Source: an uncultured bacterium (GTDB lineage: Bacteria > Planctomycetota > UBA1135 > UBA2386). Taken from it: a stretch of DNA of 64,000 nt. The stretch spans positions 471-64,470 of the forward strand of contig CAXBFC010000001.1 in assembly GCA_963974725.1 (NCBI GenBank), written 5' to 3'. This document shows positions 53,755 to 63,241 of this stretch, in pieces; position 1 is the stretch's first letter, and each line of letters begins with the position of its first letter. Position numbers and translations under genes: made by a program. The notes beneath the pieces were generated by a model, which was not told the origin of the DNA, did not search any database, and worked only from the letters and a program-made list of their open reading frames with translations.

Positions 53755-56300
53755 CGGCCAATGCCAATCGGGGAACCCGGTGGCGATTCGAGCGCCGGCG
53801 CACGCTTCGGTTCGCGGTCTTGACGCTCCAGGAACGACTTGATGCGCCGACTCATCGCCATGTTGTGCGATCGCGCCGCGGTGTCGTTCGCATCGGCCGC
53901 CCCCATAACCGCGGCCTTGGTCGCAATATGGGCCAAATACTCTTCCGCCAATGCACGCACGTTGGCCGACGCACCCGGGTTGTTCGCGAGGTCGATCAGC
54001 CGATCCACGGCCACCGCCTGCACCGTGCGCTGCAATCCCCGCAGCAGGCTGTTCTCCGCAGGAACCTCCGGAAAGACCGTGACCGTCAATTCGTAGAGCA
54101 CGTTCACGAAGGTGACCCCCTGACCATCGCCGCGATTCTGTAGCCGCGCCGCCCGCTGTGGGTTGAGCAACCCGCGGATCGTCATGTCGGCCGCCACCGC
54201 CGCCATCGCCATCGGGTCGAGCAACTGCCCGGTACTGCGCGGGAATCGCTCGGCCGTGCTGGGATGTCCCGGAGGTGCCGGCGGAATGCGCGCCAAGACA
54301 CGCGGGTTCAATTGTAGGAACTCGGGCTTGAGCGTGCCGAGCACGGCCGTCAAAGCCCGCCGCTGCTGATCTTCTGGAATCGGCGCGGTCGCCAGCTGCC
54401 CGTCTCCCTTGACCGCGTGCCGGAAGTCGACACCCCCCACCATCTTGGTCGCGGCTTCTAGTTGAAAGCGGTGATGCAGGTACAACGGCACCAACGTGTC
54501 CTCGAGCGTCGCCAAGGTGGCACCGGGTCGCAACGCGTCGATCCCGAACTTGCGCAGCCCGATCGCCCGCACGCGGATTTCGGACTCCAACTGCAGCACC
54601 GGATCATCCCCGTTGTCCCACAAACTCGCACGCGGATGGCCAGTCGCCGCCGAACGCGCATCTTGATCCGTCAAGAACACGAAACCCTTGCGCAAGCCAA
54701 CCCGCACGATGCGGTCCAGTTCGGCGGCCTCATCGGCGCCTTCATGGAACTGCGCATAGCCGTAGACGATCGCCCACGTGTCGTATTGACCAATGCCGAC
54801 GTCATAGGCGGCGGAGAAGTCCAATTCGCCGTTGTTGACCGAAACCAATGGCGCCGGGTAGTCCATCACGGACTCGCGCCCGTAGGTGCTCGCCGCAAAG
54901 TTGTGCGACAAGCCAAGCGTGTGCCCCACTTCATGCGCAGCCAATTGCCGGATGCGCATCAGCGCGACCTTCTGGGCGAGATCATCATCATCGACGATCA
55001 AGTGGCCCGCAGAAGGCGATGCCGCGGCCGCACACGCACCTTGCTCGGAGTATGGCGACTGCAAACCAATGAACTTCATGTGGTCCTGCCGCACGCGCAG
55101 CGAGCCGAGCAAGACGTTGCCCTTGATGATCTCGCCGGTCCGCGGGTCGCTGATGCTCGCGCCATACGACCAACCGCGCGTGCGCCGATGCACCCAGTGA
55201 ATCATGTTGTAGCGAACATCCATCGGGTCGGCGTCGGCCGGCAAGATCTCAACCTGGAACGCGTTCTTGAAGCCAGCGGCGGCAAACGCGTCGGCCCACC
55301 ACATCGCACCTTCCTTGAGCGCCGAACGCACCGGCTCCGGCGTGCCCGGATCGATGTAGTAGACGATTGGCTCGACTGGTTCGCTCACGGGCTCTTTGGG
55401 GTTCTTCTTCGCCAAGCGATGGCGCGCGATGTAGTGCCGATGCATCGACTCGCCAATTGGCGCCGCGTAGTCCTGGAACTGCGGACCGAAGAAGCCGATG
55501 CGCGGATCAAACTGGCGCGGTTGGTATTGCTCATCCGGCAAGCGGATGAAGCTATGGTGCTGACGCAGCGACACTGCGTTGCCGTTCGCGGCGCGCGAAA
55601 CCTCTCGGTTGGGCTTGCTGCTCGTGAACGTCAACAGCACTTCCACTTCGCTGTTGTCCGGAAACGCTTTGGTGCGCTCGAGCCACAAGGCACTGCGCGC
55701 CTTGTCGACTTTGTAGCTGGCCTTGGCACCCCCCAAACGACCAGCGGCATTGGTCGCGTCGCGCACGACGAACTCGGTCGCGTCTACCACCACGGCATCG
55801 CCGGTCCACGCCTTGACCGGCAACGACGCTATCACCGACGGCGCGAATGACTCCGCCACCGCCAATCGCTCGCGCGGGTTCTCGGACATCGCACGGAAGC
55901 GCAGGTTCTTGGCCATGACCAACACCTTCTTGCCGGCGCGACGGAATTCGATGACGTGCTGCGGGCCAAGCGAACCTCGATCGAGGCCGATCGGGTTGGA
56001 GCCAAGGCCTGATGCTTGCGCGGTGGCATAGAGCAACTCTTCCCCGAACGCGGACAGCTCGAAGTAGATGCGATCCTCCTTGCGATCGACGTGCATGGCG
56101 ACGAAGCCAGGCAGGTGCTGCATGTCCTTGGTGAAGGCCTGGATCGACTTGTCGGCCTCGGCCTTCTGGAGATCGGGCTTCTTGAGATCGGGCTTCTGCT
56201 GATCTGGCTTCGGGACGTCCGCTTGCGACGGGACTGCCTGGGCAAGCAACGCGAGAGCAGAGAAACACGCGGGAACTAGGCGACGCATGCATAGACGCAT
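53751..56300 (-). CDS. secreted zinc-dependent metalloprotease (DUF5117/DUF4953-type)
   Basis: 849-aa ORF with signal peptide. HEVGHTLGLSHNF zincin motif. Confidence 0.85.
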   Translation of the reverse strand: MRLCMRRLVPACFSALALLAQAVPSQADVPKPDQQKPDLKKPDLQKAEADKSIQAFTKDMQHLPGFVAMHVDRKEDRIYFELSAFGEELLYATAQASGLGSNPIGLDRGSLGPQHVIEFRRAGKKVLVMAKNLRFRAMSENPRERLAVAESFAPSVIASLPVKAWTGDAVVVDATEFVVRDATNAAGRLGGAKASYKVDKARSALWLERTKAFPDNSEVEVLLTFTSSKPNREVSRAANGNAVSLRQHHSFIRLPDEQYQPRQFDPRIGFFGPQFQDYAAPIGESMHRHYIARHRLAKKNPKEPVSEPVEPIVYYIDPGTPEPVRSALKEGAMWWADAFAAAGFKNAFQVEILPADADPMDVRYNMIHWVHRRTRGWSYGASISDPRTGEIIKGNVLLGSLRVRQDHMKFIGLQSPYSEQGACAAAASPSAGHLIVDDDDLAQKVALMRIRQLAAHEVGHTLGLSHNFAASTYGRESVMDYPAPLVSVNNGELDFSAAYDVGIGQYDTWAIVYGYAQFHEGADEAAELDRIVRVGLRKGFVFLTDQDARSAATGHPRASLWDNGDDPVLQLESEIRVRAIGLRKFGIDALRPGATLATLEDTLVPLYLHHRFQLEAATKMVGGVDFRHAVKGDGQLATAPIPEDQQRRALTAVLGTLKPEFLQLNPRVLARIPPAPPGHPSTAERFPRSTGQLLDPMAMAAVAADMTIRGLLNPQRAARLQNRGDGQGVTFVNVLYELTVTVFPEVPAENSLLRGLQRTVQAVAVDRLIDLANNPGASANVRALAEEYLAHIATKAAVMGAADANDTAARSHNMAMSRRIKSFLERQDREPKRAPALESPPGSPIGIGR
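56161..56220. repeat. 15-bp tandem repeat x4 in the 5' coding region of the metalloprotease gene
   Basis: ggccttctggagatc / gggcttcttgagatc / gggcttctgctgatc / tggcttcgggacgtc. Encodes DVPKPDQQKPDLKKPDLQKAE just after the signal peptide. Confidence 0.85.
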
Positions 56301-56371
56301 ATCCGCACGAACCTCGATGCGAATACGGAATCACGCCTACAGCCAAAACGTGACGCTCAGGGCACAATCGA

Positions 56372-57649
56372 GTGATGCCCAGCCCACCTCTTCCTACCTC
56401 GCTGCTGCATGCCACCCTGGCGATTCTGCTCACGGTAGCAACTGGCAACGCGCAAACCCCCGAGTCGCGGTTGCCCAGCGACCACAAGGACTTTGGCTTG
56501 CCGCACCCGGACGCGACCTGGGCGCCCTACGCCGAGGCAGAAGACCATGTGTGCAACCGGATCTTCCGGCTGCTGTATCTGAGCGAGTGCATTCCCACAG
56601 TCGTCGCCTCGGCACTGCCGCGCGAACATGCGAACGCAGAAGCGTTCTACGTCGCGGGCTGGTACTTCAAGAAGCGCAAGGGCGAGGCACGCGATCGACG
56701 CCTGTTCGGCGGCGACGGTCGGCAACTACCTGCCGAAGGTTTGCCGCAAGCAGACGCGACCCGCTTGCAAGGCTGGTTGCAGGCAGTGGACGGCGACGTG
56801 TTGCGCGAGTTGCGCAGTCGCCCGCGCGCAGCGGTGTGGTTTCAGCATGACTTGTTGCGTTACGCGCGCCGGTTGCTCGACGTGAAGCAGCACCCGGAGC
56901 TGCTGCAACCGCTGCTCGCGTGCGCCCAACGCGTCGCCTTGCCACGCGCAATGCTGCAAGGCGATGCGGTGCGCACCACGACCTACGAGCAAGTTGCCAG
57001 CCAGCTGCCTGGCTTCGATCCAAAACGGTCGATCGAGGTCGCGCGCGAGTCGAGCCGCCTGTTTGACGCGGAATACCAGCAGGTGTGGTCGACGGTGCAC
57101 TTGGTGATTCCGGACCTGCAAGCAGAAGCGGTCGCCGCGTGGTTGACGGCCGGCAAGCAACGCACCCGATTGCCGACGCAGTCGACGGCACTGCTGTTGC
57201 AAGGCATCGTCGCGATCGATGACCAAGGAAACCCGTGCGCAACCGATCTGGTGATCGAGGTCCGCACGCAACGCTTGCGCAATCGCAACCCGTTGGCGTT
57301 CGACAACCCAACCACCACTCGCGACGGCGTCGACTTCGCCGTGTGGTCGCTGGCACGGCGCGCCATCCGCGACGCGGATGCCTCGGTCCATCAGGTGCCC
57401 TTCGCCGCGTTCCGCAGCATCGACATGGAGAGCCAGGCGCTGTTCCGCGACTACGGCTCGCGCAAGCACACGACGTATGCGGCGCAGTGCACGCTGTGTC
57501 ATCGCCGCAGCAATACGCCGGACGAGGCGATCGCGGGCTTCAGCGCGCTGCGGACCTCCAGCAAGCCCGCGCCGGCCCAGCCGGGCGCCCGGAAACGGCT
57601 AGCCGAAGGCGAGATGTTGCGCTTCCTGGACAAGCTGTCCGGCAAGTGA
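56372..57649 (+). CDS. secreted hypothetical protein with a single C-terminal CxxCH motif
   Basis: 425-aa ORF. Signal-like N-terminus, AAQCTLCHRRSN near the C-terminus. Confidence 0.65.
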   Translation: MMPSPPLPTSLLHATLAILLTVATGNAQTPESRLPSDHKDFGLPHPDATWAPYAEAEDHVCNRIFRLLYLSECIPTVVASALPREHANAEAFYVAGWYFKKRKGEARDRRLFGGDGRQLPAEGLPQADATRLQGWLQAVDGDVLRELRSRPRAAVWFQHDLLRYARRLLDVKQHPELLQPLLACAQRVALPRAMLQGDAVRTTTYEQVASQLPGFDPKRSIEVARESSRLFDAEYQQVWSTVHLVIPDLQAEAVAAWLTAGKQRTRLPTQSTALLLQGIVAIDDQGNPCATDLVIEVRTQRLRNRNPLAFDNPTTTRDGVDFAVWSLARRAIRDADASVHQVPFAAFRSIDMESQALFRDYGSRKHTTYAAQCTLCHRRSNTPDEAIAGFSALRTSSKPAPAQPGARKRLAEGEMLRFLDKLSGK

Positions 57650-57686
57650 CCTTGGGTCTGGGCGGAAATGGCGGCACAATGTCATC

Positions 57687-58808
57687 ATGACGCGCCATGC
57701 ATCCGCAATCTTGCTCGCCTCGATGGTTGCTGCCGGCCTGCAGGCCTCCCTGCCGGCGCAGGCAATCACGTGGTGGGACAAGGATTTCGACCAAGCTCTC
57801 ACCGCTGCCAACGACAAGCCGGCCAAGATGGTGCTGCTCTACTGTTGGCAAGACAAGCACGACACCTGCGCCGCGATGTTCGACGGCACCATGGGCGACA
57901 AGAAAGTCAGCGCGAAGCTGGCTGACTTCCTGTGCATGGGCGTGCAGAACAACGAAGCCGGGCGGGCCGTTTGGCAGCGCTACAAGGTCGCTTCGGTTCC
58001 GACGGTGTACTTCATTGCTCCGGATGGCGCCATCGTCGACGTGCTGCCTGGCTACGTGCCGATCGAGCAGTTCCTCGCCGACATCGATCGCATTCGAGCC
58101 GGCACGGACACGATCCAAGCGCTGCGCGAACACCAGAAGCAGAAGCCTGAAGACATCAAGCAGGCGCTGAAGCTGGTGCAGAAGCTGCGACTGGCGAGCG
58201 ACATCAAGGGTTCGCACGCGGTCATCGACGCGATGATCAAGGTCGACCCGAAGGGCAAGTCGGAGGAAGTCGCCGAAGCAATGCTGTGGAAGATCAGCGA
58301 TGAGACGTTCCGCGACGATGTGCCCCCGGCGGAATACGACCTCAAGGAGCTGCGCCTGTTCTTGAAGTCGCAACGCAACAAGCGCGTGCTGTTCCTCGGC
58401 TATGACCAGATGGCATCGGCGCACTACCGGCGCGAGGAGCTGAAGGATGCGGCGGCGGCGGCGATGAAGGCATGGAAGAACATCCCCGAGGATCAAGTCA
58501 TCGACTGGGGCCAGCGCATGTGTGGCATCGCCTACCGGCGCTGGAAGGATCTCGACAAGGCCAACAAGCGCACGCTGAAAGACGTTCTCTCCATCAGCAA
58601 GAAGACGTTGGCCGCAGTCGAAGCGCGCCACAAGAAGCAGCCAGACGCGACGTTCCTGGGCAATGCGATGTATCTGCACGCCGCCGTGCTGATCGTAAAC
58701 AAACAACGCAAGAAGGCGCTAACGCTCATGGACGAAGCGATCAAGATCGACCCAAACAACAAGAACCTGGAGCCCGCCAAACAGAACTGGCTCAAAGGCA
58801 ACAAGTAG
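57687..58808 (+). CDS. secreted thioredoxin-fold domain protein with helical (TPR-like) C-terminal region
   Basis: 373-aa ORF with signal peptide. KMVLLYCWQDKHDTCAAM ... VASVPTVYFIAPDG resembles thioredoxin-like/DUF255-type domains. Confidence 0.7.
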   Translation: MTRHASAILLASMVAAGLQASLPAQAITWWDKDFDQALTAANDKPAKMVLLYCWQDKHDTCAAMFDGTMGDKKVSAKLADFLCMGVQNNEAGRAVWQRYKVASVPTVYFIAPDGAIVDVLPGYVPIEQFLADIDRIRAGTDTIQALREHQKQKPEDIKQALKLVQKLRLASDIKGSHAVIDAMIKVDPKGKSEEVAEAMLWKISDETFRDDVPPAEYDLKELRLFLKSQRNKRVLFLGYDQMASAHYRREELKDAAAAAMKAWKNIPEDQVIDWGQRMCGIAYRRWKDLDKANKRTLKDVLSISKKTLAAVEARHKKQPDATFLGNAMYLHAAVLIVNKQRKKALTLMDEAIKIDPNNKNLEPAKQNWLKGNK

Positions 58809-58809
58809 T

Positions 58810-58844
58810 CTTGTTAGTACTGTGCCAGGCACAGTACTAACAAG
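58810..58844. repeat. REP-like element copy d: perfect 35-nt palindrome CTTGTTAGTACTGTGCC-A-GGCACAGTACTAACAAG
   Basis: Starts 2 nt after the stop at 58808. Shares the core GTACTGTGCCAGGCACAG with copy b. Confidence 0.85.
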
Positions 58845-58861
58845 TTCGTCGCGCGCTGAAG

Positions 58862-58888
58862 GTGTTACTTCTGTGCCTGGCACCGTAC
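58862..58888 (-). repeat. REP-like element copy e (identical to copy c), overlaps the 3' end of the 817-aa gene
   Basis: gtgttacttctgtgcctggcaccgtac is identical to 21141..21167. Encodes the terminal RCQAQK and the stop of the minus-strand ORF. Confidence 0.85.
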
Positions 58889-61318
58889 CGTTTGGGGGGA
58901 GGTGGTGCCGATGGTGACTTGGATTTTGGGGGCGGGGGTGTTGTTGCGGATTGGGGTTAGTTCGAGAACGGTTCCGGGGATGAAGTCTTGTTGCACGGTG
59001 CCGTCGGTCCAGATGTCGAACTCGAACTCTTCGTCGTGGATGGTCTGCTCGGCGTAGGCGCGTAGCACGGGGTCGCGTAGACCGTCTTCGATGATGCGGA
59101 CCCGGAACAGGTCGTAGGGGGTTGCTGGTTGCTGGAGCTTTAGCGTGGTCAACGGCTGTAGCTGCAAGGAAAGGTTTTTGGTTGGGGACGGGACGCGGAC
59201 TGGGGTGTAGCCCCAGGCTCGGACGAGCAGGTCTGGGCGGGTGTCGCGCAACGGAAACCACGTTTCGACACCTTCGCCATCGTCCGGAAGTTCGGTGCAG
59301 GCGCGGGGCACCAACAGACACTCGACATCGACATGCTGTTGGGTCGCAGCAGAGCGCGCGAACACGTAGATGCCTTGGACCCGTCCAGCCAAGTCGAAGC
59401 GCTCGTGCTTGCTCGGCCAGAAGTTTTGACCATCGTGCACGACGACCGGTTCTTCGTGAAGCAGCGTGCCATGCACGTCAACTCGGAGCATGTAGCTACC
59501 CGACAGCTGACCAGACCACTCGCAGACCTGCTGCTCGGGATGCACATCTCGTCGACGCAGGCCCTTGCCGCCGTCGAGCGAACGCAACTCCACCCCCACC
59601 CCGTCCATCGGCAGGTCTGCGCAGGCCAGGCGAACGCGCAAAGACTCGGCTCGCTGCAAGTCGACCGAAACTCGAGCCCCCGGCAGCAACTCGACCTCTT
59701 TGGCTAGGTAGCCAGCACATGCGCACACTGCTGACAATCGGGAATGGTGCGCCAGGCGGCCGCGCAATTCGACGACGTTGCCGCGAACCTGCGGCGTTGC
59801 CTTGACGGCATGACGACCAAACTCGCTTTCCTGCGTCAACGTCACCGAAGCGCCCGAGAGCGGCGCACCGCCGCTCGTAAAGGTCACCGCTGCGATCAGC
59901 TGCTCGGGACCGACCTGCGAGGCGACCAAGTCACCCAGATCCGAGTCTTGGTAGGACAACACCCGATCGATGCAGCAGACGCCCTTGAAGCTACCGTCGA
60001 CGTGCATCTTGAGGGACAACCCGGGCAACGTATCCATGGCCTCTGGCACCCAAGCGTGGAAGGCGAAGCGCCCTTCGGCATCCGTGTCCATGACGTAGCG
60101 CGAGCCCTTGCTCCAATCGAGAAACGGGTGTGGTTCGACTGGTGCAAACAACAGGGGCTGTCTCGCGAGAACCTGCCCGTCAGCGTTCACCATGCGGGCA
60201 GTGAATCGCCAATACCTTGCTGGAACTCGGACATCCAACGAGACACGCTCTCCGGCAGCAACCGGTCCGCGAACATCGCCAACATAGTCGTCGCCTGCAA
60301 AGCTTGCGATCGCACGCCAACTGCGACCAAGCGGCACACCAGCGAAGATGCACTTGCCATCGTAAGCAGTCGGATCCAACTGATAGAGCGATCCATCGGC
60401 GCGCTCGAGGCGCACGGCCTCCTCGACAGCCTTGCCAGCGGCATCTACGACTCGAACTTCGATGGCACCACCAACCGGCTCGACGAGCCGCACCTTGACG
60501 ACGCCATGCAATTCATCATGCGCGACGCGCTGACTGGCAATCCGGATCGATGGCGTGTCCCAGCCCCGCCCTTCTTGGCGCCGACCATAGACCTCCAACC
60601 CGCCATCGAAGACTTTGCCCATGATGTCTAGCCGCCAGAGCAGATGAGACACAACGACTTTGCCATCGACATCGGACGGGCCGTAGCTCTCTGAGACCTC
60701 ATTGACGCCCGATAGCTGCGACAAGAACGTGCCGGCGACGGTGATCATGCGATCGGGCACGGCACGGCCGTCACGATCAACAATCTCCACCTCCAGCCTC
60801 ACGTCCCCCATCAACTGGATACGCAGCGAGCCACCTAGCAGCTCGTTGTGATCCCACAAGTCGATCTGGCCGTAGTCCTCCGCGAGACGAGCACAAACGT
60901 CGGAGCCTGGTGCCGGTAGGATTTCGACAACTCCCGCTCGATCAGCAATCGCAACTTGGCCGTGCGCTAGCAACGCCGCCTCGGCATCGTTTCCATGCAA
61001 AGCAATGAGGCGCGCGTGTTCCCGGTGGTCCGCCATCGCGGGTGGCCAATAGCGGACAGTGGCGCCAACCGCGGGTTGACCCGACGAAGTCACCACCTCG
61101 ACGCGAACGGACGCCGCCGCCTTGACCGCAGCTGGAGTCTCGGTGACCTCGGTGCGCTCGGCGCCGCCAACCAAGTCGCCGCTAGCAACCGTCGGTGACG
61201 GACGCGTTTCCGTCTTCGGCGTAGCTGGCGAAACTGCGGGCGTGCCGCCCTGCCACCAGAAAGCGAGCACTGCTACACAAGCAAGCAGGACCACCACCGA
61301 TAGCACGCGTGCATTCAC
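58865..61318 (-). CDS. large membrane-anchored/secreted hypothetical protein (repetitive beta-sandwich, carboxypeptidase-regulatory-like domains)
   Basis: 817-aa ORF. N-terminal anchor MNARVLSVVVLLACVAVLAFWW. Function unknown. Confidence 0.7.
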   Translation of the reverse strand: MNARVLSVVVLLACVAVLAFWWQGGTPAVSPATPKTETRPSPTVASGDLVGGAERTEVTETPAAVKAAASVRVEVVTSSGQPAVGATVRYWPPAMADHREHARLIALHGNDAEAALLAHGQVAIADRAGVVEILPAPGSDVCARLAEDYGQIDLWDHNELLGGSLRIQLMGDVRLEVEIVDRDGRAVPDRMITVAGTFLSQLSGVNEVSESYGPSDVDGKVVVSHLLWRLDIMGKVFDGGLEVYGRRQEGRGWDTPSIRIASQRVAHDELHGVVKVRLVEPVGGAIEVRVVDAAGKAVEEAVRLERADGSLYQLDPTAYDGKCIFAGVPLGRSWRAIASFAGDDYVGDVRGPVAAGERVSLDVRVPARYWRFTARMVNADGQVLARQPLLFAPVEPHPFLDWSKGSRYVMDTDAEGRFAFHAWVPEAMDTLPGLSLKMHVDGSFKGVCCIDRVLSYQDSDLGDLVASQVGPEQLIAAVTFTSGGAPLSGASVTLTQESEFGRHAVKATPQVRGNVVELRGRLAHHSRLSAVCACAGYLAKEVELLPGARVSVDLQRAESLRVRLACADLPMDGVGVELRSLDGGKGLRRRDVHPEQQVCEWSGQLSGSYMLRVDVHGTLLHEEPVVVHDGQNFWPSKHERFDLAGRVQGIYVFARSAATQQHVDVECLLVPRACTELPDDGEGVETWFPLRDTRPDLLVRAWGYTPVRVPSPTKNLSLQLQPLTTLKLQQPATPYDLFRVRIIEDGLRDPVLRAYAEQTIHDEEFEFDIWTDGTVQQDFIPGTVLELTPIRNNTPAPKIQVTIGTTSPQTVRCQAQK

Positions 61319-61356
61319 GCCTGCATACTAACCGCCGAATCGCCCCGCGGTGGCCT

Positions 61357-61845
61357 CTAGTCAAGCAGCACGCAGCGCTCGCCAGCTGCGGCGCAATGCG
61401 CCCGCAGTACCTGAAGTACCACCCGGTCCTTTGCAGACCACTGCAACAGCACTTCGCCCGGTTGCACCTGACTGAGCAAATGGCGCAAATCCTGTCGAGC
61501 GCGATGCGTGCCCGTCATCGCCGCAGTGAAGGCTCCCAAGAACGCACCCAGCACGAACCCCAGCGGGATGGCGATCGAACTCAAGCCACTGAACATACCA
61601 AAGCCAAGCGACAGCACCGCGTTGATCGCGGCACCGAGCACGGCACCACCGGCCATCGCCAGCATCACACCGCGGATCCAGCGAGTTGCGTGGGCGTCGC
61701 GGCCGTCGCGCACCAAGCTAAGGGCGTGCTTCGGGTCGGACGCTTGCGGGTAGCGACGCAGGGTTGCCTCGCTCGCGGCGGCGAACACCGCGGGGTCTTC
61801 GCCTAGCAAGTCCCGGACTTCCAAGCCTGCAGGCAACACGCTCAT
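61357..61845 (-). CDS. small membrane protein downstream of the HCO-like gene
   Basis: ORF 61357..62013. ATG at 61845 (MSVLPAGLEV...) lies 11 nt after the upstream stop. Two Gly/Ala-rich hydrophobic segments. Confidence 0.5.
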   Translation of the reverse strand: MSVLPAGLEVRDLLGEDPAVFAAASEATLRRYPQASDPKHALSLVRDGRDAHATRWIRGVMLAMAGGAVLGAAINAVLSLGFGMFSGLSSIAIPLGFVLGAFLGAFTAAMTGTHRARQDLRHLLSQVQPGEVLLQWSAKDRVVLQVLRAHCAAAGERCVLLD

Positions 61846-61855
61846 GGCGTATCGC

Positions 61856-63241
61856 TCACGCCTGCGATTTCGGCCGAACCATCGACAGCAGGCGCACGGT
61901 CGCGAGGACCAGGCCAACCCCAAGCAGCGAACCGACGACCGGCAGAAGCCAACGGCTGCCACTGACCCAGTGCGGGGTCGCCTCGCCTTCGAAGCGACTT
62001 GTGCCGTGCACATAGCCAGCCACGCTCAGCCAAACCACCATGACAAACAACGAGCCGCTGATCAGCCAGATGCTCTTCTTGGTGATCGGGGCGTCCATGC
62101 GCGGCAACACGGCACTGCCGCGCAGTTCGATCACCAGCCAGGATGCCGTGCCGAGCAACACCAACGTGTCAATGCCGACCGTCGCGCCCATCGCGTGGCC
62201 CATGACCAGCTGCGTGCCGTGGATCAGCGTGTTGAAGGGCGGCCACGAAATGATCAGCGACGTGAACAACATGAAGATCGTCCACCACTTGGCCATGCCC
62301 AGCCAGCTGCCGCGGCCGCAGAACGCCTGCGCACCTTTGCGGTTCTTCAGCATCTTGCCCATGTCGAGCATCAGCTTGACCAGGATGATGACTTCGGCCA
62401 TCGACACCAAGAACGCCACCCACTTGACCGTCTCGGTCTGCGGCAGGTGATAGGTGTGGTGCACGTAGTTGGTGAAGCTGTTGAGACAGCCAACGCCGAA
62501 CAGCCAGAACGCGACTGGCGACTGGCCATACTTCTTGTCACCGGACAAGCGTTCGCCAACGTAGGTCAGCGAGCCATACATCATGAAGTTGTATGACCCG
62601 ACCAGCGTGCCACACGACTTCCACTGCACCTGAAGGTCCTTGATCGGACGGTTGAAGATGTCGTCGAGCAGGTAGGCGTGGCCTTCGACGAACGTGTAGA
62701 TGAAGAACAGCGAGCCACACGTCCAGAACCAGATATAGATCGGCTGGTTCCAGAAGCCGTGACGCAGTCGTCGCAGCAGATTCCACGCGAAGGCCATCCA
62801 GCCGACCAGCAAGAACGCGCTGAACACTCGGTGGAAACCCAGGTATTCGCGGCCGCTGCTGATGCCCATGAACAGCGAGACAAAGATGCCCGCGCCCGCG
62901 ATCAACCAGCAAACCGTATGCACGCGGAAGCGCATCAAGTCGGCACGCGTCAGGCCACCGTGACTGCTGCACAGGAAGTGGTAGACGATCGCAACGCTGC
63001 CGCCAACGATCCACAGCGACGCGAACGCGGTGTGGATCGGGCGCAACTTCAGGAACGTCAAGCCCCAATCATTGAGCGTCGACGAGAGGCCCGGAATGAC
63101 CTCGACCGGCACGTAGTGCAAAGCACCGAGTGCGCCACCTGCGACGGCGACGAGAATGCAAACCAATGCCATTCGGACCTGCACGTAGCAGGTCTTTTCA
63201 AGCATCTCTGCCGGCGGTCGTGGCAATTGCGTGTCGCTCAT
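61856..63241 (-). CDS. heme-copper oxidase superfamily subunit I-like protein (cbb3/NOR-related)
   Basis: ORF 61856..63256. ATG at 63241 overlaps the upstream stop (ATGA). 12-TM-like. LRPIHTAFASLWIVGG, FVEGHAY and NYVHHTYH resemble CcoN/NorB heme and CuB/FeB ligand motifs. Confidence 0.75.
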   Translation of the reverse strand: MSDTQLPRPPAEMLEKTCYVQVRMALVCILVAVAGGALGALHYVPVEVIPGLSSTLNDWGLTFLKLRPIHTAFASLWIVGGSVAIVYHFLCSSHGGLTRADLMRFRVHTVCWLIAGAGIFVSLFMGISSGREYLGFHRVFSAFLLVGWMAFAWNLLRRLRHGFWNQPIYIWFWTCGSLFFIYTFVEGHAYLLDDIFNRPIKDLQVQWKSCGTLVGSYNFMMYGSLTYVGERLSGDKKYGQSPVAFWLFGVGCLNSFTNYVHHTYHLPQTETVKWVAFLVSMAEVIILVKLMLDMGKMLKNRKGAQAFCGRGSWLGMAKWWTIFMLFTSLIISWPPFNTLIHGTQLVMGHAMGATVGIDTLVLLGTASWLVIELRGSAVLPRMDAPITKKSIWLISGSLFVMVVWLSVAGYVHGTSRFEGEATPHWVSGSRWLLPVVGSLLGVGLVLATVRLLSMVRPKSQA

